DNA of 64,000 nucleotides from Vermiphilus pyriformis (GTDB lineage Bacteria; Babelota; Babeliae; Babelales; Vermiphilaceae): NCBI GenBank assembly GCA_022559525.1, contig CP074345.1, positions 570,267 to 634,266 of the forward strand, read 5' to 3'. Shown piece by piece: positions 29,630 to 39,867 of this stretch (position 1 is its first letter; each line of letters starts with the position of its first letter). The notes under the pieces were generated by a model. It saw only the letters and a program-made list of their open reading frames with translations, ran no database searches and was not told where the DNA came from. The position numbers and the translations under genes were made by a program.

Positions 29630-32119
29630 ATGAATAGAAGAATTGTATGGATAATATACGTATTGAGTCTATCGGCACATAATATTCGTGCTGCGCGTAC
29701 TCCCATTAAAAACATACTTCAGTCTGAATCTGCAGTTACTACTTCAGCGCAAGTTCCAACAAATATTCAAGATACTTCGGTTTTATTAAATGCCCAAAAC
29801 CCTGGCACCAAGCCAAGTTTAGAAACTCCACGTGTTTCTGCAGAAGTTGACGAATCATTGGCGCGAGCACGCGGCAAACAATCAGGTGAGCTCTCTGGCA
29901 CACAAGATCCAGCAATTTGGACCGAAGACCAGGTAGTTGAATTCCATTTTGAAAACGTTGGTCTTGACCAGTTAGTAACACAAATAGAACAAATCTTTAA
30001 TGTAAAATTTATCACTGACGATGTATTAGACCCTCTTCCTGCGGGCGGCAAAAGCCTTAAAGGAAATAAGTTAACCTTTAAAACAAACAGTCCTTTGACC
30101 AAGCAGGACGCATGGAATTTGTTTATTTCATTCCTTGGCCTGGCAGACTTTAATTTAATACCTCAAGCTAACCGCTCTATCTATCGCATTGCAACGGTAC
30201 AAAATACACGTAATTCATCATTGCCTACATTCATAGGAGTAGATTCTGCCGATCTTCCTGACAATGATCAACTTGTACGTTATATATACTTTATTGAAAA
30301 TAGTACTACGGATGTTCTTAACCCAGTAGTAGGTGCTCTTAAAAGCCCGTTTGCTCAAGTTATCGATCTTAAGGAAACTAACGGATTTATTATCACTGAT
30401 AAATCATACAATATTAAAGCCCTTATGAGTATCATTAAGGAACTTGATAAAACTACTATTCCTCAAAGTATGTCTATTTTAAAGTTACGACGTGTTGAAG
30501 CAGAACAAGTTAAAAATTTATATGAAACTTTAACACAATCAGGTGATAAAGCAGTCATTAGACCAGGCCCACGAAGAGGTCCAGTCTCTAATTATTTCCC
30601 CGATAATGTTCGCATAATAGTCGAGCCACGTACTAATGCTTTAGTACTTTTAGGACCTGCAGATGCGATTGCAAAAATTGAAGACTTCATTGTAAAACAT
30701 GTTGATGTTGAGTTAGGTACAAAATATTCTGATCTCACAGTTCACACTTTACGCTATGCAGACGCAGTAACTGTTGCAAACATTATGAACGACATGCTCA
30801 AATTAGGTAATTCAAGTCCAGCAGCGCAATTCGGAGGGTTACGTGGGCCGGACAAATTCGTTCGTCCGATGACTTTTACACCTGAACCTTCTACAAATCG
30901 ACTTATTATCAAAGGACATCAACAAGATTATGAGTTGATAAAACCTATCATTGATGAACTAGACGAGCCGCAACAACAAGTCTCAGTTGAAGCACTCATT
31001 TTAGCAATCGATTTAAACAACGATAAAATACTCGGAACACAAATACATAATCGGCAACCGGCTGGAGCAAACGGTTTTTTGAATGATAATATTAAATTTC
31101 AAACATCAGGTTTGCACACAGGCCCCAATTATTCACCTCGTGGCATCATACAAAATCCTAATGGCCCCGGAGTTAATAGATTACTAGGCAATCTAATTGA
31201 ACTTGTTAACAATGCTTCCACTACTGCAGGCAGTACAGTTATATCATTTGGAGATCCCGTAAGTATTTGGGGTATATTTCAAATACTTGACCGATATTCT
31301 AATACTGAAGTTGTAGCCAATCCATTCTTGACCGCAACTAACAAAACTACTGCTGAAGTAAAAGTTAGCGAAGTCAGACGTGTAGTTACTTCCCAAGTTA
31401 TTGGAACTAATACTACTGAAGCATTTGGCTCGTACGAAGCACCCTTGGTTATCCGTGTAACACCTCAAATTAATGCTGACGGAACTATTATACTTGATTT
31501 GAGTATACGGCTTGAAAACTTCATCGGGGCACTTGTTGCTACTGATGTAAGAAAAAACGTACGTACAGTCAACACTAAAGTACTTACCAAAGACGAAGGT
31601 GTTATTGCAATTGGTGGCTTAGTCCGCAACCGTATAGATGAGGATATTATTAAAGTACCAGTACTTGGTGATATTCCTGGATTTGGATGGCTATTTAAAA
31701 ATAAGCGACAAGTCGAAGTTAAAACAAATTTACTCGTTCTTATTTCAACACGCATAATCAAACCTACCGTTGCACAAGGCATTGATATTGTTACAGAAGA
31801 ACGTATTGCAGATTATCATGATCAGCTTGACTATATACACAGTGGACCACAAAATAGAGATCCTATATCACGTTGGTTTTTTGGAGTACCTAACCAAACT
31901 CAGCTCAATCTTGAAACGTTCTTATTTGACCGCTATGCGCAAGGACTTGCTGCCAACAGAAATAATCTGGCAATTACATCAGAAGAACAGACACCACGGC
32001 CGATCGAACCTGCACCTGATTACAATCCAGAAGTAGCAGATAAAAAAATACCCTACTATACTCGCAAAAAAATGAGGCTTGCCAAGTCACAGGCACGCAG
32101 AAGTGGAGCGTCAGCATGA
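29630..32119 (+). CDS. gspD: GspD/PilQ-family outer-membrane secretin (829 aa)
   Basis: Signal peptide, N0-like VEFHFENVGLDQLVTQIEQIF, the repeated N-domain pattern IIVEPRTNALVLLG, and the secretin core GGLVRN...VPVLGDIPGFGWLFKNK...NLLVLISTRII. Confidence 0.9.
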   Translation: MNRRIVWIIYVLSLSAHNIRAARTPIKNILQSESAVTTSAQVPTNIQDTSVLLNAQNPGTKPSLETPRVSAEVDESLARARGKQSGELSGTQDPAIWTEDQVVEFHFENVGLDQLVTQIEQIFNVKFITDDVLDPLPAGGKSLKGNKLTFKTNSPLTKQDAWNLFISFLGLADFNLIPQANRSIYRIATVQNTRNSSLPTFIGVDSADLPDNDQLVRYIYFIENSTTDVLNPVVGALKSPFAQVIDLKETNGFIITDKSYNIKALMSIIKELDKTTIPQSMSILKLRRVEAEQVKNLYETLTQSGDKAVIRPGPRRGPVSNYFPDNVRIIVEPRTNALVLLGPADAIAKIEDFIVKHVDVELGTKYSDLTVHTLRYADAVTVANIMNDMLKLGNSSPAAQFGGLRGPDKFVRPMTFTPEPSTNRLIIKGHQQDYELIKPIIDELDEPQQQVSVEALILAIDLNNDKILGTQIHNRQPAGANGFLNDNIKFQTSGLHTGPNYSPRGIIQNPNGPGVNRLLGNLIELVNNASTTAGSTVISFGDPVSIWGIFQILDRYSNTEVVANPFLTATNKTTAEVKVSEVRRVVTSQVIGTNTTEAFGSYEAPLVIRVTPQINADGTIILDLSIRLENFIGALVATDVRKNVRTVNTKVLTKDEGVIAIGGLVRNRIDEDIIKVPVLGDIPGFGWLFKNKRQVEVKTNLLVLISTRIIKPTVAQGIDIVTEERIADYHDQLDYIHSGPQNRDPISRWFFGVPNQTQLNLETFLFDRYAQGLAANRNNLAITSEEQTPRPIEPAPDYNPEVADKKIPYYTRKKMRLAKSQARRSGASA

Positions 32120-33717
32120 TTAAAGATGTATTAATTCCTGCAAAAATAGGCAGCTATCAAGTACTACCAGTACATGTTGTGGGATTTCAAATTACTCCTG
32201 AATATGTAAGCGCTACTCAACTGTATATCAGCGGCAAAAGCTGCACAGTTCAAAATTACACGTGCATACCAGTCATTTCAAGCGAATTTATGCCTTCTGA
32301 GGATGATATTGCAAACGCTGTGCAATTAGCATTTGAATCTATAGGGTCCTATAATGAGATCTACAGTGCCATTTCCAGCGAGCAAGCACTTGCAAAAGCA
32401 TTACGACTACCTTTTACTCAAGATTCTAAAATTCGTATGGTTCTTCCATACGAACTTGAACAATTTTTGCCTATCAGTACTGAGCAAACGGTAATCGATT
32501 TTATTACTACTCCCGATCAAACACAAACGCATTCGCATGTCTTTGCAGCTGCAGTACGAAGTAAATATATATCAGATCATCTAGAACTATGCGCGCGCGC
32601 AGGTATTTCGCCTGATCGAATAATTATTGATGGCATTGCGCTTTATTTGTTACATCAATCCATATCGACTACTCCTGATTCTTCCTACATGCTTGTGCAC
32701 ATTGATATAGATCATAGTATTGTTCTGGCTGTCAACAAGGGAGTTGTTGAATCCATGCGTACAATACCGCAAGGCAGTATGTCTATTTCACGTGAATTGT
32801 CAGAAAAGCTTTCAGTCGATGCTCGCACTGCGCGAGAAATGATTATTAACAGCAAGGCTACAGATGGTGAGCATGGTATTAGTATTACTAATGCATTCAA
32901 AGAATTACTGGGTACTATTAAGCTTACGGCAAGTTCTATAATAAATCAGCAACAGATAACCCCTGAGTATGTCATCCTCAGCGCTGCTCAAATACCAACA
33001 AATTTTTTAGTACAAACATTAAGCCCACTTATTGGTATAAAATGCCAAACATTTCCTCCTCTTGAAAGTAGTTTTTTCAAAGCAAATGCAAATTATCTTT
33101 CAGAAATAAGTTCACAAGGCCTTATTAGTTTTGCAACCGCATGGTGTGCTCAAAAAACAGAGTTTAATCTTCGTCAGAAAGAATTTGAAAAAGATAAAAC
33201 AAAACTTATCAATAGACAACTAGGCGTGGCTGGCCTATTAATAGTGCTATTAACATCATTACTATTTGGCCATCGATGGTGGCAAGTAAGACAACTTTCT
33301 GCTCAAGTTGCACGTGCTGAAAAGAGCATGGTTGAATTATTGCAACAAACATTGCAAGATAAGATGCCTCCTTTACAAAAAAACGTAAGTATCACGGTAA
33401 ATGATGCACGAGCACAAGTGTTACGAGAAGAAAAACAATGGTTTGCCTTTTCAAGCCTTGCTCGATCATCGTTCTTAACTTATTTGCTTGAACTTACCAC
33501 AATTATCGATCGACAAGCATTGGGTATGACTATTGATAAAATTACTATCAGCGAAGATATGTTAACTTTAAAAGCAAAAGTTCGTGATTCACAAGCTCTT
33601 ATTGCACTCGAAGAAGCATTACGTAAATCGTCACTATTTGATTACCAGGGCCAAGAGCAAAATACTTCATTTACTATGCAGATTCCATTCAAACAAGTTT
33701 CAGGAGTAGAACAGTGA
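32116..33717 (+). CDS. GspL / PilM-PilN-like bitopic assembly-platform protein (putative)
   Basis: An ATGA overlap joins it to the secretin gene. About 350 aa are cytoplasmic, followed by a single TM segment (LGVAGLLIVLLTSLLFG) and a periplasmic tail of about 150 aa. The assignment rests on architecture and position, not strong motifs. Confidence 0.5.
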   Translation: MIKDVLIPAKIGSYQVLPVHVVGFQITPEYVSATQLYISGKSCTVQNYTCIPVISSEFMPSEDDIANAVQLAFESIGSYNEIYSAISSEQALAKALRLPFTQDSKIRMVLPYELEQFLPISTEQTVIDFITTPDQTQTHSHVFAAAVRSKYISDHLELCARAGISPDRIIIDGIALYLLHQSISTTPDSSYMLVHIDIDHSIVLAVNKGVVESMRTIPQGSMSISRELSEKLSVDARTAREMIINSKATDGEHGISITNAFKELLGTIKLTASSIINQQQITPEYVILSAAQIPTNFLVQTLSPLIGIKCQTFPPLESSFFKANANYLSEISSQGLISFATAWCAQKTEFNLRQKEFEKDKTKLINRQLGVAGLLIVLLTSLLFGHRWWQVRQLSAQVARAEKSMVELLQQTLQDKMPPLQKNVSITVNDARAQVLREEKQWFAFSSLARSSFLTYLLELTTIIDRQALGMTIDKITISEDMLTLKAKVRDSQALIALEEALRKSSLFDYQGQEQNTSFTMQIPFKQVSGVEQ

Positions 33718-34259
33718 AGTGGCTTAGTTCTTTGCAAAAATGGATATCAAATCAAGATAGTCGACAATTTTCAATATTTCTAAGTATTGTTTTAAGCGCG
33801 GTATTAGTGCTGATGGGTATTGGTTTTTACAGCTACTATACAACGGTAGGCAAGTTAACCAAGCGTATGCGCCAAATTAATACACTGCGACAAGAAACAG
33901 GTTCTATTGTACAAACCTATGAACATGTTAGAGCACAGCGCGCAGAAGTTGATACAATGCTCGCCAAGGATCCTAATTTTAAAATCTTAGGATATACTAC
34001 AGATCTTTTGGCAAAGCTTAACTTATCGGCTAAACAAACAACCGCACAGCGTGATTTAGATAAGAGATACCAAGAAACAACTGTAACTGCTCAGTTATTT
34101 GGAATTACTATGCGTCAGCTGGTAGAACTACTCAAACAAATCGAACAAAATAAACGTGTATATACTAAATATTTAGAGATTAGCGCTGCTAAAAATAAAA
34201 ATATTGATGTTACACTAACTATTGGTACGCTCCAGTTAAAAACTAATGTGAGCGAATAG
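33714..34259 (+). CDS. GspM/PilO-like small bitopic protein (putative)
   Basis: A GTGA overlap joins it to the upstream gene. It is 181 aa, with an N-terminal TM segment (FSIFLSIVLSAVLVLMGIGFY), a coiled segment and a periplasmic domain. Confidence 0.45.
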   Translation: MKWLSSLQKWISNQDSRQFSIFLSIVLSAVLVLMGIGFYSYYTTVGKLTKRMRQINTLRQETGSIVQTYEHVRAQRAEVDTMLAKDPNFKILGYTTDLLAKLNLSAKQTTAQRDLDKRYQETTVTAQLFGITMRQLVELLKQIEQNKRVYTKYLEISAAKNKNIDVTLTIGTLQLKTNVSE

Positions 34260-34272
34260 TAGGAATAATTAT

Positions 34273-36738
34273 ATGAATTACGTCAGAATAATACTCTTCT
34301 ATACCTTGCTTTATCCACTTATTGGGTTATGTGCACCAACCGACATGCGTATATGTCCTATAATTACTACACCTGAAAATGAATTAACACAAGAGACTGA
34401 CGTCGTAGCTATTGAAACGCCAAAAATCTACCTGCTGTAAAAAAGAAACGTCCATCACATAAGATACCCATTAACTATCAAAATGAAGATTTGACAGATA
34501 TTATCAATCAGCTTGCAGGATATAATGGCTTTAATATTATTTTCCCATTAACTCCTTTAAACACTCGAATAACGTGGTCATTACCTGGTCTACATCGTGT
34601 AGACCAAGCATGGGATCTTTTATTTACGTTTATGGATATCGCAGGATATAATCTTATTCCTCGTGGACCGCGTACGTATAGTGTTGTTAAAACTACACGA
34701 GATATTGGGCGTGAGCCATTGCCTGAATATATTGGCGTACCATACGACCAAATTCCTAATACTGATGAACGAATACGATATCTCTATTTTTTAAATCATA
34801 TTAAGCTATCTGACGACAATGAAATAGGTGGGATATTACGTAATTTACTACCAACTGAAACTGGCATGAGTTTGGAAGTTGCTGCAGCTAACAAACCTGT
34901 ACTCGGAGTACAGTTTCGTGTTGACCAAGCAACCAACACAATTTTAATTGTAGATAAAGCAAGTAACATTCGTGGTGTTATGAAAATAATCATGGCACTT
35001 GATCAGCCTGGCTTTGATGAAAAACTATATTTTTATTACCCAAAAAATGTTTCTGCGCGACTTATTGAAGATTTATTTGCAAAGATTATGAGTAAAACCG
35101 AAGATCCTACAGCGCGTTTTAACACAAGTTCACGTAAACCTAAAGAGGGTATGACATTTTCTCGTAATGTACGTGTTATCGCTGAACCTCGTACTAATGC
35201 AGTACTTATTATGGGGCGATCAAATTCAGTGGAAAAGGTAAAATCATTTATAAGACAGTACATTGATATTGAAATAGACACTGGCACCTCTATTTTACAT
35301 GTATACCACCTTAAAAATTTAAATGCGCGACAGTTCAAACCTATATTAGAGCAAATCATACGATCAGGCCGCCAAGGGGGTACCGGACAATCCCAACAAG
35401 GTGCCGATCAAGGTATAGGCCCTGAAAGATTTTTCGATGAAGTTCTTATTGCCACTGACGAAACAGAAGCACCTTTGGCACGTCAAGCAGGAGAAACATC
35501 TCTTAACTCAGTCAATGCTCGTGCAGGAGGTAATAAACTTATTATTGCAGCACGCTCTGACGACTGGCTTCGTATTAAGGAACTTATACAACGTCTTGAT
35601 ATTCCACAACCACAAGTTATTTTAGAAGTACTGATTGCAGATTTACTTATTGATGAAATTCGACAGCTTGGTTTTCAAATTCGTAATCCATCTCAAGTTC
35701 CAATATTTGGTGATAATGTAAGTTTTCAATCAGCTAACCTTGGCAGAGTAATATTGGATAGCGCAACTAACCCAACAACGATAGATTCTGATCTACTAGG
35801 ACGCACTATTCCAACTGATCGTACACTCATTAATTCGTTTCCTGTTGGATCTACTGCAGTATCATTTAATGACCCTGACACAAGGGGCCACATGGGCGGT
35901 AGGACAATTATTAGATCGTATTGATTATCGAAGAATTATTTCTAATCCTCACACTATTGTATTGAACAACCAAGAAGCTGATGTAACGGTTGGTGAACAA
36001 CGACTAGTACAAGGTGGAGCAAGCGGAAACTTTCCTGGTACTACAAGTATTAATCGTGAAAACTTGGATGCATTTATTAGATTACGCGTAGTCCCTCGTA
36101 TTAGCTCATCACAAACAATTAACTTAGCAGTTGAAATTACTGCAAATAATTTTACCTCAGTAACTGACAATACCATTGAAGAACGTATAGTGCGAACAAA
36201 TGCCAACGTACGAAATGGCTCTATTTTAGTGCTGGGTGGATTAACACGAACCTCAACAGCCGAAACTGTCGTTGGCACTCCAATATTATCTAAAATTCCT
36301 TTTTTTGGATGGTTATTTAAAGCACGTCAACAAGAACAAATTAAAACTAATCTTACTATATTTATTTCTCCAATAATTATTATGCCTGACAATTTTGCAA
36401 TGGCACAAGGCTATACATGTGATTATGCCCAGATGGCTGATGCATATTTGCAAGAAGGGCTGGTGTTTGAAGGGTTACGGGATCCTATTACACGATGGTT
36501 CTTTAGGAACGCAATTGAAGATCCAAGTGCCCCTCTTATTAATCTCTGCCCAGAAGTATTGGAAGGCCGTGCAAAAAGACAAGCAGCGCTTGAACCACCT
36601 CCATGTCCACCATTGCCTGAAGAACTTGAATGTGTACGCCCACCAATTGATCAGAGCTGTCCTGATGATTTTGAGTACCGAGTAGCACACATGGATAATC
36701 CATTTACGGTAGATGAACAAAATCATACAGAAAAATAA
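34273..36738 (+). pseudogene. second GspD/PilQ-family secretin paralog, reading frame interrupted twice
   Basis: There are three collinear pieces. The signal-peptide ORF 34273..34440 encodes MNYVRIILFYTLLYPLIGLC. The N-domain ORF 34491..35924 contains VRVIAEPRTNAVLIMG. The secretin-core ORF 35845..36738 contains GGLTRT...TPILSKIPFFGWLFKARQ. The first and last pieces share a frame, and the total is 2466 nt (822 codons). Confidence 0.75.
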
Positions 36739-36750
36739 TTTTTAAATTAA

Positions 36751-36797
36751 AAAAGATGAGTTGAGATATATTATTTTTCTCAACTCATCTTTTTATT
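36751..36797. terminator. bidirectional intrinsic terminator
   Basis: AAAAGATGAGTTGAGA / TCTCAACTCATCTTTT 16-bp perfect stem with an 11-nt loop. A-run and T-run flanks lie between the secretin-2 stop and the aspS stop. Confidence 0.8.
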
Positions 36798-36823
36798 TGC
36801 ACAAGCTATATAGGTATAAATTA

Positions 36824-38593
36824 CTACGCGCTCTGCGCTTTTTTTATAATCAAGCCATATTCTCGCAGTTGAATATTATCAAGCTCAACTGGCGCATCCA
36901 TCATTGGATCATGTCCACGCGATGTCTTTGGAAATGCAATAACGTCGCGAATGGAAGGTGATTTACTCATAAGCATAATCAACCGATCAAGACCAAGAGC
37001 AATACCTCCATGAGGTGGATAACCTAACTGTTGCGCTTCTAGCAAGAAGCCAAACTTGTCTTGTGTTTCTTTTTCAGAAAGACCTAAAAATTTAAACACA
37101 CGCTCTTGCAAATGCGGATCATGAATACGAATTGAACCGCCACCCAGTTCTACGCCATTTAATATAATATCGTACGAACGTGAACGCACCTGACCAAGTT
37201 CTTGTGTTTCAAAACCGGGTACTGGCGCTGTAAAGGGGTGAGTAACTGAGTTCCACGTTTTTGTATCTTCATCAAATTCAAACAATGGAAAGTTAATAAT
37301 CCATAAAAATTTGTGTTGTGCATGATTAATAATATCAAGCGATTTTGCCAATTCTAGTCGCAAGCGGCCTAATGTGGTCCACGCTGTTTTATATGAGCCG
37401 GCAATCACAAACAACGTACTGTTCTCAGTAAAATCAGGCCATAATTTTGTAATACGTTCTAAAGAATCGGCAGGCAAAAACTTTGCTATAGGAGATTCAA
37501 GTTGCCCATCCTTTAATCTAATCCATACAAGGCCTTTGGCACCAAGCTGGTGGGCCGTATTAACCCACGTATCAAGTTCAGAACGTGTCCACTCACGATG
37601 AGCAGTATGGAGCGCGCCTACTTTTCCGCCTTGCTTTAAAATTGTTTGCATAAAGCTTAATTGCGTATCTGCAAACAACGCGGTGCAATCAACAATAGGC
37701 ATCTCAAAACGGAGATCAGGCTTATCAGACCCATAATGAGAAAAGGCATTGTCATAACTCATACGCATGAAGGGAAGTGACAGCGATATATTAAATGATT
37801 TTTTCCAAACATGTGCCAACATATTCTCAATCACTGATTGAATATCTTGTTCGTCAATAAATGACATTTCAATGTCCAACTGAGTAAACTCAGGCTGACG
37901 ATCAGCTCGCAAATCCTCATCTCTAAAACAGCGAGCGATTTGATAATATTTTTCAAATCCTGCCGCCATTAAAAGTTGTTTATAAAGCTGAGGTGATTGA
38001 GGTAACGCGTAAAAACTTCCTTGATGCATTCGAGAAGGAACAATAAACTCACGTGCCCCTTCTGGCGTTTTGCGTGTCAATATTGGTGTTTCTACATCAT
38101 AAAATTCACGTTCATGAAAAAACTCTCTGATTGCAAATATGACATCATTACGTAATGCAAGCCGTTCATGCATATAAGGACGTCGAAGATCTAAGTAGCG
38201 ATATTTTAGTCTTAACTCTTCATCAATCTCAGTAGTATCATCAAGTGCAAAGGGTAACGTTTTTGCTTTATTGAGTATAGTAAGACTATCTACTTGAATT
38301 TCATACTTACCAGTTGGAAGATCTTTATTAATAGTACTTGATGAACGCTCAACAACACGACCACTGATAGAAATTACATATTCAGAGCGCAAAGTTGAAG
38401 CCAATTCATGGATACTCTTTGAGTATTCAGGTGAGAATACAAGCTGCACAATACCCGTACGATCTCGTAGGTCAATAAATATAAGCCCGCCATGATCTCG
38501 TCGTCTGGATACCCATCCAATCAACTCAACATGTGTATTTAATAATTGCTCGTTGACCATACCGCAATACGTTGTGCGCTTATAAGAATACAT
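36824..38593 (-). CDS. aspS: aspartyl-tRNA synthetase
   Basis: OB-fold N-terminus ([16 protein letters not shown]), class II motifs [18 protein letters not shown] and [10 protein letters not shown], 589 aa. Confidence 0.97.
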   Translation of the reverse strand: MYSYKRTTYCGMVNEQLLNTHVELIGWVSRRRDHGGLIFIDLRDRTGIVQLVFSPEYSKSIHELASTLRSEYVISISGRVVERSSSTINKDLPTGKYEIQVDSLTILNKAKTLPFALDDTTEIDEELRLKYRYLDLRRPYMHERLALRNDVIFAIREFFHEREFYDVETPILTRKTPEGAREFIVPSRMHQGSFYALPQSPQLYKQLLMAAGFEKYYQIARCFRDEDLRADRQPEFTQLDIEMSFIDEQDIQSVIENMLAHVWKKSFNISLSLPFMRMSYDNAFSHYGSDKPDLRFEMPIVDCTALFADTQLSFMQTILKQGGKVGALHTAHREWTRSELDTWVNTAHQLGAKGLVWIRLKDGQLESPIAKFLPADSLERITKLWPDFTENSTLFVIAGSYKTAWTTLGRLRLELAKSLDIINHAQHKFLWIINFPLFEFDEDTKTWNSVTHPFTAPVPGFETQELGQVRSRSYDIILNGVELGGGSIRIHDPHLQERVFKFLGLSEKETQDKFGFLLEAQQLGYPPHGGIALGLDRLIMLMSKSPSIRDVIAFPKTSRGHDPMMDAPVELDNIQLREYGLIIKKAQSA

Positions 38594-39112
38594 AGTACCC
38601 TTTTTATCTAAAAACTAATGTGATATATCATTAATGTTATCATAATTTTTTAGCATTAATATTACTCACGCTATAATTTTTAATAAGTTTTCGCTTTTGC
38701 AACAAGCCAAGGTTTTTTAATCCTTTACCTAAGCAATTTAACGTGCCGTAATCGATATTCATCAAAACCAAAAGAAGCTATACTTTTATAGCAATTTTTT
38801 GAACTACTAAGACTTACTTACCTATACGGCTAATGACTTCTTTGGTCTGACACAACGTGATAGTCTAACCTTACTTTCTCTGTACCTGGCTACACGTGAT
38901 AGCCTTGAAACAACTTGGTAAAAAATCCTTATTTTAATCTTTGTTAATTTATAATAAAGAGTCCAAAGACAGGTACGTTAATAAACTAGGGCTATATATG
39001 ATTTTTTATATTTATCAGTCTAAATGTAAATATTGTTGATAATATTTACAAATATAGATTAATATAAATATATGGGTAAGTTACAAAATAACTAACTGAC
39101 TGAAGGAATTTA

Positions 39113-39589
39113 ATGAAAATATCAAATCTGCTTTTACTACTTATAGTTTTTTCACTACCACTTGCTGCAGAATACAGCAAGCCACTGGTTAAAATAGATG
39201 GACAGACAGTAATAACTGAACACTATTTCCAAAAAGCATGGCAAGAACATGCAGCGGGCAGAACATATGAGAGTCCAGCTACTCAAGAGCGCGCTAAAAA
39301 AATGTTTTTACGAAAATTAGTACTTAATAAACTAGCTAATGACCACCGATTAGAAATTGCACCTGAATATGAAGCACTAGTGCGTGGAACAGCAGGAGCT
39401 AGCGCAGCAGGGGCTCTGGCTACAACTGGTGGTGGAATTATAGAGCAACTTAAAGAAGCTGCCAGATCTATACAAGATAATATGAAAACACGAACTGCTC
39501 CAAGCACCACAACTATAGACAATAGAAGAGCTACAAAATCTGCAGATTCTGCAAAAATAAAGGTAGAACGTAGCAAAATATGCAAATAG
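39113..39589 (+). CDS. secreted protein, possibly continuing by frameshift into a basic tail ending at 39803
   Basis: The 158-aa ORF starts with the signal peptide MKISNLLLLLIVFSLPLAA. An adjacent stop-free frame (about 39567..39803) encodes a Lys/Arg-rich segment of about 78 aa with no start codon of its own. Confidence 0.5.
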   Translation: MKISNLLLLLIVFSLPLAAEYSKPLVKIDGQTVITEHYFQKAWQEHAAGRTYESPATQERAKKMFLRKLVLNKLANDHRLEIAPEYEALVRGTAGASAAGALATTGGGIIEQLKEAARSIQDNMKTRTAPSTTTIDNRRATKSADSAKIKVERSKICK

Positions 39590-39820
39590 CCGTACCACTC
39601 CAAGAGCCTACACCCGTAGACATCGTGCTCCAGTTAAATCTGTTTCAAAATATCCACAAACTAGCGCTCGAAGAACAATTAAACGTAAAGCTGAAAGGCC
39701 TACCGTAGAAACTCCACAGCCTTCAGTTGGCAAAAAAGCTAGTGCTAGTAAAAAAACAAGTGCACGAACAACGCAACGTAGAACAGAAAAAATTGTACAA
39801 TAAAGTTGATTACTTATAAT

Positions 39821-39848
39821 AAAGGTGATTACGATCACCTTTATTATC
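39821..39848 (+). terminator. putative intrinsic terminator
   Basis: AAAGGTGAT, loop TACG, ATCACCTTT, followed by a T-rich tract. It lies 18 nt after the stop at 39803. Confidence 0.55.
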
Positions 39849-39867
39849 TAATGAAAGGACATGCTTA

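Noticed and set aside
29739-31782. Several minus-strand ORFs (29739..29981, 29767..30102, 31244..31468, 31465..31782) within secretin 1
   Set aside because: All are antisense to an uninterrupted 829-aa secretin with clear family motifs, so they are shadow ORFs.
35949-36726. ORFs 35949..36278 (-), 36395..36685 (+) and 36475..36726 (-) inside the secretin-2 core region
   Set aside because: They overlap the frame that carries the conserved secretin motifs (IPFFGWLFKARQ, RDPITRWFF). Their translations are low-complexity with no recognisable features.
38594-39112. T-box riboswitch leader upstream of aspS
   Set aside because: The conserved T-box sequence (AAnnnGGGTGGTACCGCG-like) and a specifier-loop context were not visible on the minus strand. 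A covariance-model scan would be needed to exclude it fully.
39283-39838. Minus-strand ORFs 39283..39603, 39377..39598 and 39608..39838
   Set aside because: They are antisense to the signal-peptide-bearing plus-strand gene and its possible basic tail. They have no RBS and a Cys/Ser-rich composition typical of antisense translation of Ala/Gly/Lys-rich coding sequence.
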